In this document: in pieces, positions 38,701-47,536 of the stretch
Numbering within the stretch: position 1 is the first letter of the stretch
Layout of the letters: each line of letters begins with the position of its first letter
From: Seison nebaliae
Taxonomy: Eukaryota
Direction: 5' to 3'
Assembly: GCA_023231475.1 (NCBI GenBank)
Contig: JALJEE010002363.1
Location: 1 to 47,536, forward strand
DNA: 47,536 nucleotides
Translations under genes and position numbers: made by a program
Notes under the pieces: generated by a model
Databases searched by the model: none
Told to the model about the DNA's origin: nothing
What the model saw: the letters and a program-made list of their open reading frames with translations, nothing else

Positions 38701-41486
38701 ACTTTCGGTCCAATAGAAGAAACATCGGAATTTGGAAGACGATCAATTGATTCGGATTGATTGTGATCACTGTCGATTGGAAATGTTCTCTTGTGGAACA
38801 TATCCAATTTATTTTGGAGTTGATCAATCGACTTCTCCAATTCTTCAGGATGTTGAATGATTCCATCATACACCTTCACCAGATGTCGAGTAGAATTCAA
38901 TTGTTGTTGGAGTTGATCCACTTCATCCGCATCCAAATATTTCATATTTTCAATTGGCATTTCCTGATATATTCGTTGGAGTGTATCCAACAACTTCCGA
39001 TCCATCGATTCTTCTACGTCGCTACTTTCATCGTTTGATGATTTCTTTTGTGATTGTTTTACATCATTCAAAATATCTGGCGGATTCTCCATGGAAATAT
39101 CAATGTCCGGTTTTTTTTGCGCTTTCACATGTGTATATATGGGAATTTTCTTCGTTATCAACAATCCCGATCGAATAGCCGAACCGATTGACTTCTGTTT
39201 TTTATCGATCGGATTTGTAACGGTGTTCGAACGGAAATCGATTAATGACAATCGAAGAATGGTGGAAAGAGGAAGATAAACGTTTTTATTATTGTTGACA
39301 TTCATTCCTAAAATTTTGTAAGCATATTTCACTTGTATCGGCAAATTATTCGTATTGGCTAATGGATGGTTTTTAGTCAAACAATATTTTCTGTTTTCCG
39401 TCAATAAATTATCTAGACGATGATAAGTTCGATGAAGACTATTGAAATAGACGCCTGATTCTGGATAGAATATATTACGATCAATTGCAACGTCGATCGG
39501 TACCATCTCGTCATTGAGAGCATCATAAAATTGTAGAAATTGAATTGATGAAGGAAATTCGGAGATATCAGATGATGATAAACTTCTCGATTTGAATGAA
39601 ACATTTTTCTCCTTTCCTCTATTCATGGCTGATTGTGTTGTTGTTGTTGTTGTTGCAGATTTTGATTCGGATGAAGGAGATAATTCAATTCGTCGTAGAA
39701 TGTTCTGTATATCGTTCTCATATTGACAAGAGATGATGGAAGCGAGAATATATTGTAATTGTATGGCATCATATATGGTCAATGATATGGTTCCATTATC
39801 ATATCTGGGAAGATGATCCGTATAAAATATTTTACCCAATTGCTTCAATGACAATGAACTGATCAGTCGATTTTTTATACTTTGTGGTAGATTAATGTAG
39901 TTGCCTTTGCCATTGTCAAAGACGCCGATTACATTAAAAATTGTACGATTTCTACCAAACACTAATAAATTGGATGATGTTAATGAATTTAATGAGAAAT
40001 TATTCATATTCATTGGCCGTTTCAAAACGAGAACATCACCAAGATTAGACAACGATGAACTGTTTGTTGAGATTGATGAAATTTCTGGTACAGTTGATGG
40101 TGATAATGATGATAAGAATTCGGTCGTTTTCGTTTGTTCCATACAAATTTTGATAGAGATACTATTTGAAAATTTCTCTTTAACAATTCCATGTTGCACA
40201 TTCACCAATCCGTATGATAATGCTTCCATTAACGTCAATCCACGATGAACAGAAGAGATCGCTTGTAATTGGGTTGTCCTTAACGATTTTCGATGATCGT
40301 CATATAATTTTTCGGAGAAGACGATCGATTGTGTGAGAATCATTTGTCGATGTTGTTCTTGTTGAAGTTGACGAAGTGAGAGTCGTTTGCAGAAATGATG
40401 TCCATAATAATCGCCATAATCTCCATCAATCAATCTCATTCGAACGGCTTCTTTCGCCGTGACGAATTTCGTTTGGATCGGATGCCACACACTGATGATG
40501 GTGAGATAGTGTTGCTTCGATTTAATACTTCGCAGTTTGGATTGAGTGGGAACTGCATCGATATTCGTGAAATATTTCCCCTCGTCATTATTACACTTCA
40601 ATCGATTGTAATCGATAATTGAAGATTTCTCTTCACATAATTGGAACGAGATAATGGTTTTCTTATCATCGATTAAAAACGATCGATCGTTATTCAAACG
40701 ATACATCGATCGAGGTTTGGTGGATGGAGAGAATTGGATCTCACCATTCTTCATATTGATATTATTATTATTCACGCAATCTCTTAAAGAAATCATTTCT
40801 TGAGTATCTGATAAGATGTGACTAATATTATTTATATCCCGAACACTGAAAATATTGAGATGAGAGAAATGCCATGGTGGCGAATAAGCGGTAATGTTCA
40901 ATGAGATGATTCTCACAAAACCACGATCGATTCCCTCGAACAAATGGAGCATACCCGTCGTATTCGTCATATGAATGGTGTAAGTGTAAATATTGAAAAT
41001 TCCTTTTTTGATGGCATCATTCAATGGAATATAATTCTCTTCGATAATACTCTCCCGAATAGAAATGATAATGAAATGTTTCAAATTTGTTGCACTCAAA
41101 CGACAATCGTTCAATTTCCAATTTTTGTAATTGTCCAAATTGTTATTCATCATCGGCTCGATACTCCCACCAGGAGTCGTTGATGAGACCAATCGATGTA
41201 ACATATATTCCTTCGTTACTTCTTCGATCAATTGTGTATTCTGTACCAATTTCGTCTCATGTCTCGTTTCATGCTCATGACCACGTAAATAACCCGATTG
41301 TTTCGCCTCTCTTAAACTCAGATGTTGATTATTCGATTTATCCACATATTCACTACATGTCATCATGCCGTCATTAATGGCCGTTATCAATGGTTGGAAA
41401 CGTCGATCGATCGGATTATATACATCGACAATATTGAACGTTCGATTCGTTTCAATTTCAATCGGTGACTTATTCTCTTCCATCAT
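32702..41486 (-). CDS. spectraplakin-like (Shot/MACF1/dystonin family) protein, ~2,730 aa: degenerate plakin repeats, helical/spectrin-like region, EF hands, GAR/GAS2 domain
   Basis: GAR motifs CSCVKRF and RILRNGVMVRVGGGWEPL...DPCR; EF hands DKNRDNHLD and DKNDDGFID; N-terminal repeats of type LxxxEAIxxGL/I. Predicted introns 34871-35009, 34673-34849, 33185-33345, 33023-33071, 32855-32905. Confidence 0.85.
35920..36167 (-). repeat. 15-bp coding tandem repeat (pentapeptide L-[EK]-K-[DE]-[NQT])
   Basis: KETLKKDQLNKENLKKENLEKETLKKDQLEKD...; the DNA shows repeated ctttttccaa units. Confidence 0.85.
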
Positions 41487-41641
41487 TAGAGATTGGAGAA
41501 TAGTTTGCTTTTTTTTTACTTTAACAAAATAATAATAATAAAATTTGGAGCAATAAACTATGTGAAGGATGAATGATATCGTTCCAATTAAATGATAAAC
41601 TTTTGAGAAAATTATCCCATTTACAGAACGAGAAAAGTGAA

Positions 41642-41680
41642 AGGAAGGAAGGAAGGAAGGAAGGAAGGAAGAAGAAGGAA
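41642..41680 (+). repeat. (GAAG)n microsatellite
   Basis: aggaaggaaggaaggaaggaaggaagg. Confidence 0.85.
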
Positions 41681-44600
41681 ATGTTGTGCTTCTCCTACTT
41701 CAGTTCAATCGAAAAAACTTTCTTTTTCTTCAATAAATTTAAAAGAAAATAATATTAAGACAATTTCAATGAGAAGAATATAGTTCTGGTGCAGATGGGA
41801 AGAGGACATTAAATTTTGTTCTTCCTATTTCTCTCTTCTTCTCTCGATGGAAAATCTCCTGCACAAGATGAATATGATGGTGCTAATGTCACTATCGAGG
41901 TGAACGTTAAAAAAATAAAGTTAACTTCTCCTTCGAAATTATCGAAGAATTGACGACGATGGTGATTTCTTTTAAAATTAAAAATTAATTTTCTTATAGA
42001 CGTTTTTTGGATGGAAAGCAAAATTTCTCAAGCAAAGTTTCAATCTACAGCAAAATAAAAACAGTAGCAAAATTTAGAACAAATAGTCAGATTAATCGTT
42101 TATTGGTGAATATGTCAAAGATAATAAGAAAATTAAACAAATTCAAATTCTTTTCTCGTTTTTTTTTAAAAAAGGAGTTTGAAGAAAAACGTTTGCAAAA
42201 GGAGAATTATATTATAATACTATTATCGAGTCTTGTTAAGTCAATAATTGGTCATAGTTTTTAAGACCTTTATTAGCAAGTTGATGGGTGATGAACGAGA
42301 TAATGAAAAGTTCTCTTTTTAAAAATTATCCCAAATGTGCATCAACTAAAGCTTCAACAAATAGAAAGATGTATATTGACGTAAAGTTCTGAAATAAATT
42401 ATTGAATAGAGTCCAATTCTCCCATGTGCGGAGGAAAGAAATTTATATAAAAAACTATGTCTGTTTCGATGGGAAGAATTCGATTATTTTTATTTTTCCA
42501 AACAATTTTTCTCGTTGTCATTGAGAATCACACACAGTATAATGAACAGCTGGTGCAACTTTATGAAATAAGTGAAGAATAACCGAGAAAAATAGATACG
42601 TTACAACTATAAAATTTGCTCTTGTTCTTCTTCATTTACTTCTTTAGAAAATTGATGAAGAAAAATTTCTGAAGAATTATTGTAAATTTACAAACAACTT
42701 TCTCCTTTTGGATGAATGAAACAAAATTATTTTAAAGGTAAAATGTGAATAATGATCGGAAAAAACATTTTCTTTTTGCGGTTATTCGTCTATTATCAGA
42801 CGAATAGAAGCGGTAAATAATATACGTCGTAGGAACAAACATAAAATATTCGGACATTCTTTTATTCTTCTTATTACATACGCACTTTTCATATCTAATT
42901 GGAAATTTATCGTCAACTAATCATGTTGATACGTATCGAAGCAATTGATCGACATAGCAATCTCCTGTTCAATACCAATGAGAAGTTAATTATTGTTCAC
43001 TAATTTTTCTTTTTTCATTAATTTTACTTTGACCGCTACATTGATGATCACTACCCAAATCCACTCCGTGTGCTCATAATAAGAAATATGTTTCAATATG
43101 TCAAATAATCTCTCGATTAATTTTTCTAAAAGAAATCTATCGACTTCATTTTTATGATGGTGATGGGAAAGAAGATAGTGGATACATCTGTTTAAGAATC
43201 GTTTATTCACTGGACTACACTATTCACTCGTGCCCGAAATGGATAATAAATAAACAATCTTATATAAATTAGTTTTTTTTTGTTTCGAAATGAAGTTTCA
43301 CCTCGTAAAGATTATGAAGGAAAATTTATTCGAATCGACCGTACTAAACAATGAATGCATTGGTGATTTGGTAGGTGGACAAATAAAAAAACTTGAAGAC
43401 AGTTGATGATTTATCATATAATTTTTTATAAAATTTATATTGTCATTTGACATGAATTTTGTTCGCTAATTTTTTATACAGACTTTCTCCTTTTCACTTC
43501 AAATGGATTGGTCACGTTCTTTACGTTATTGAAAAGTTTTTATTTCTGCATAAAAGCACATGATATTTTCACGGATCTTAATTTAACACCATATTTATCG
43601 TCACGAAACTGAGTTACGATACTTACAAGTGACGATAAGAATCGTTAATGAAATTTTTTCATAAACAAACAATTTATCATCTCTTCGAAAAAACAGTAAA
43701 ATATTATTATGTTTCCATATGACTTAATGTGGTTGTACTATGAGATTCGGTTTGAAGTTCTATATGATATGAAGTTCTCATTTGAAGATAAAACGGAAAA
43801 ATAAATATCAGATACGGTATCATTTCTTAGGAATGATTTCTGATCGACGTTCAGATAAGATGAAAAATTTAAAGAAATCACGTTTTGAACTTTAAAAGGA
43901 TATAATTATTAGCGACAAATAACATTCAATCTCGATCTCACATCAATGCAAAACGGAAGTTACCAAATTAATGAAAAGTGTTTTCACTTATGACTAGATT
44001 CGTTCCTTATAGTCATCATTCATTCATCGGTGCGAGTAGGCTATTCAATCAGAGGGAAAACTTATTCAATATTAATTATATCCTTTTAAATTCTTCTTTA
44101 TTCTCTTTAACGATAATTATTTTTTTTGAAGTAAAAATTTCCCCTGTTGGAAATTTTCTTTAATCATAATTGTCCATGTTCGGTTGTGGCCGATTTTTCG
44201 GGGCTATTTTTTAGTCCAAAATTAACGAAAAATTTAAAAAATGTTTCTTACACTTTTATCCATAAAATGAAGAATATCGACGTTATTGATCTGAAATTTT
44301 AAATATAAATTAAGAAACAATAGACCATCAATCTGAGACCCATTTCATAAAAATCGATTCAGAATTAGGTACCCTGCTGAGCGCTTGAAGATTGCACAAA
44401 AAGTGCAAAAAAAAAAATAGTTTTCTGTTACCAATTTTAATAAAAATATGTATTTTTGGGTTATCAATGATGCTGAAGAAGATAGAGTAATTTAAATTTT
44501 TCAATCAAATAAAATACCCTTTGCGAACAATGCTGAATTATTTCATTTATTCGTTTCCTTTATCTGTTTCGATTTTTCAATTTCGTCGTAATTATTTCAA

Positions 44601-44902
44601 GCGAAACCCTTCGCAGTTCGTTTCCCCAAATCGGAAAGAATCGATTCAATCGATTTTCTAAGAAAACATTCCTATTCCAATGGATGTTTTATCATTTCAA
44701 TGAAATTATTTTAATGAATTTCATTAAATTAGATAAAAGGCATAGTGAATAATCGATTTTGTGATAAGAAGATTCAATGAAAACAATAACTATTCGATCG
44801 ATTAAGCAAAAATTGAAATTATTTATCAAACTTCAACAGAAAATAAGTATAACTAAATAGATGACCTACATTAGATGTCTTAAGAAACCTAAAGAAAAGA
44901 AA

Positions 44903-45325
44903 ACTTACAAGGGAATGGTACGCGTTCGCATCCGCCGTTTGACTCCAAAAAAATCATGGAGATAGGAAAAATAAAGTTAAAGATATGTGTAAATTTTTTT
45001 ATCCTTAGTCGAAGTACTACACCAGAATTTTGGCCTTTTTCTATTCCGTATGTAGATGTAGGTATGTATTTTCTATATATAATTCTGTATAAAAAAATAT
45101 TAAATATATACAAAATTGTATAAAAAAAATACATATCTACATCTATATATAGAGTAAAAAAGGCTAAAAACCGGGAGTAATACTTCGACTAACAATAGGT
45201 AGTAGTAAGTAGCATAATTTTAAGGATGAAAACATTTACACATCTCTTTAACTTTATTTTTTCTATATCCATAATTTTTTTGGAGTCAAACGACGGATGC
45301 GAACGCTTACCATTCCCTTGTAAGT
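44903..45325. mobile_element. fold-back/MITE-like element with ~100-bp imperfect terminal inverted repeats and an inner palindromic module
   Basis: acttacaagggaatggtacgcgttcgcatccgccgtttgactcc... versus ...ggagtcaaacgacggatgcgaacgcttaccattcccttgtaagt; inner IR ttagtcgaagta (45005-45016) / tacttcgactaa (45181-45192). Confidence 0.85.
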
Positions 45326-45703
45326 AAGTACTAAATCGATGAATTTTTTTTTAATAAATTTTCTATACTGTCAAAAATCAAATTGAAAAATTTGTATCAC
45401 TAGGAAAATATTACTTTTTCCGTAAGTCCGTTGAGCTAAAGAAATTCCAATTGTTCCAATTCAGTTACGATGTTGGATTGATTATTTAGAAAGTTAAATT
45501 CAATAGATTGGGCGCAATAATATTTTGAGAATATTTCACTACCAAATTAAACAGAGGAATTAAATGAAAAAGGCAATTGAGTGATATAAAGCATTGAGAA
45601 ATACATTTCGAAAGTCAAAAAATACCATTTTCCTTTTCAATTTATTATTCATTCCAATTTCCTAAACTCTCGTTCTTCATTCTCTTCATCGAACATTGTC
45701 ATT

Positions 45704-46447
45704 ATGAAAGATTTACCTTTAGCTTCTAAATATCCTTCATTAGAAGAAGTTGGATCTTTTATTCTTTCTCTTCTTTCCTATATCAATCCCCCCCAAATCC
45801 TATATATATTTCACAGAGTAGCTTTAGTATTTCTTTAGCTGATATTTCACCCAGTCAAATAGCTCAGGTTCTACAACTGGAAGAAAAAGTTTATTTCTTT
45901 CATTATCATTGATTATTTATCTATCATTCCACTAGCCACCGAAGAGTCCCCAAAAGAAACCTGCATTGACAGCTGACGAAAAATTCAAGAAACTGTCGAA
46001 AAAATATCTGGCTAACATTCAAAAGAATACCAATCAGACAACTTTATTGAAACGTTCAATTCTTTTCTCTTTAAATTCATTTTATTAAACCATTCAGAAC
46101 GTCGTCCTCAATATGTGACCCATATGGTCGACGAAGCCTTCTTACAAGATATGGCACACGAACAGGCGAAATACGAGCAATTCCAAGGTTGTCGTGCTCT
46201 AGGCATCTCAATGGAAGAGTTGGATCACGAAGGAATTCTCAATAGTTCCAATAATAATAAGGCGCTCTTCAAGAAAACGAAGGAGGCCATCCGAAAGAAG
46301 AACTTCCGCGATCCACAAAATCATATGAGACATAATGATAATAAATTCATTCAATCGCCGCAGTATAAACGATCGGAACCGTATGTTGATAGGGAAATCG
46401 ATAATTCGAAACCCTACAACTACAAGAATCGCAAAATTAATTTCTAG
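45704..46447 (+). CDS. hypothetical protein (~194 aa); introns 45749-45816, 45889-45935, 46054-46097
   Basis: Three GTT..AG introns join ATG 45704 in frame to ORF 46115-46447; no recognised domain. Confidence 0.62.
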
Positions 46448-46849
46448 ACAGGAAATCGCAGAATGTTCGAAGCTGAAATTCGAATAAGTCAATGACACTT
46501 AACATCCTTTCACTGTTCTCATCTCATACAAATTATGAAGTAACAAATCGGTAACAGTTTTACGATTCTAATTTTTCTTCAGAAAATAGTTTTAAGAATT
46601 CAAACCTTTCGATTATTCATTAAACTCAAGCACTTTGACTTAAAAGTTCTAAATTAAATAATGCTAAAATTAAAAAGTATGTTTTCACATGTTCAGGAAG
46701 AATTGAATGAAATATAAATTGAATTATCAATTCATTATTATAATCCATCAATTATAGAAATTAATATCCATCATATAGCAATAACACGAAGTAAAGCCTT
46801 GTCAGATGTCCAATTCTTCGTAATTGTCACCGTAGTTGTTACTTAGCAC

Positions 46850-47171
46850 TAGTGATGTCCAAATGGTAACAAAAACAAAGACCTCTAAAACGATTTTATA
46901 GAAAAAAGTCCAGGGAGACAAAGTACAAGGGAAGAGAAAAAATCCAGACTCCCGTTTTTGCCTCGTATACATACACTATTTGTTCTATTTTGACCAAAAA
47001 CAGAATGGTCAGTAAGCGACAAACAGAATGGTCGAGATGTTGTCTCACTTGTTAAAAATAGGACAATCTGCCATAGGGCAAAAAAGTGGAAAATTAAGTA
47101 ATTTAAAATTTATAAACGGGCGTTTATATATATATAAAACAAACGTTTTTGTTACCATTTGGACATCACTA
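46850..47171. mobile_element. non-autonomous hAT-type MITE (322 bp)
   Basis: Perfect 27-bp TIRs tagtgatgtccaaatggtaacaaaaac (46850-46876 and 47145-47171) and an exact 8-bp TSD cttagcac (46842-46849 and 47172-47179). Confidence 0.93.
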
Positions 47172-47536
47172 CTTAGCACTGTAGCAAGTGCAGCAATTAT
47201 TGACGGCGTGGTATCAATTGTTGAATCTATGTGATTTCTGCACCCATAATTTTTTTATTGACAATCGGTGATTTCAAAATGGTCATTTTGTCACCCATTT
47301 TATTAAGACAAGTTAACGTTTTGGGTGTCAAACGGATGGTGACGAAATCACAGACAACCCAATTGTTGACGGACTGATGTCGTCCATCTTCCCTTCTACT
47401 AGTGCTGTGATTATGATCCGTGAGTCCAAAGTGATAAGACTCGAGTCCTCCATACATTATGGAAAAAAAAAATCCAGACATGATAAGAGTCCTATACATA
47501 CAAGGCTCGAGCCAAGCTATTAGCCAGACTCATGCT

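Noticed and set aside
43595..43639. Isolated 10-bp inverted repeat ttatcgtcac/gtgacgataa containing atacttac (U1 5'-like)
   Set aside because: No downstream U1 stem-loops or Sm site; compatible with chance.
44176..44430. Helitron/DINE-like non-autonomous fragment
   Set aside because: Only a stylistic resemblance; no second copy or defined termini in the window.
47227..47499. Minus-strand ORF resembling a LINE RT thumb (YRTLI...MYG)
   Set aside because: Similarity is too weak and the region is truncated by the window edge.

Overview
AT-rich, gene-dense eukaryotic (animal) genomic DNA with very short spliceosomal introns (mostly 41-76 nt). The gene set and compactness suggest a small-genome invertebrate; the taxon is not determined. 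Genes in order: degenerate non-LTR retrotransposon, clathrin heavy chain (-), CTNNBL1 (+), IMP3 (+), a secreted EGF/chitin-binding-domain protein (+), a pancreatic-lipase-family gene (+), an unknown gene with a Cys4 motif (+), V-ATPase subunit B (-), an enlarged DHFR (+), SLC7A6OS/Iwr1 (+), NFXL1 (+), histidine ammonia-lyase (-), a shortened spectraplakin (-) and an unknown gene (+). Non-autonomous elements include a hAT-type MITE with an 8-bp TSD, a fold-back element and a two-copy (AAT)n-tailed repeat. The strongest unexplained signal is that 38 of 40 introns reconstructed by hand start with GTT rather than GT(A/G)AG, including 19/19 in three conserved genes. Other leads: a GC-rich three-hairpin element with loop-loop complementarity (21454-21653), operon/trans-splicing-like gene spacing, and near-overlapping convergent genes. 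All exon models are manual predictions without transcript data.
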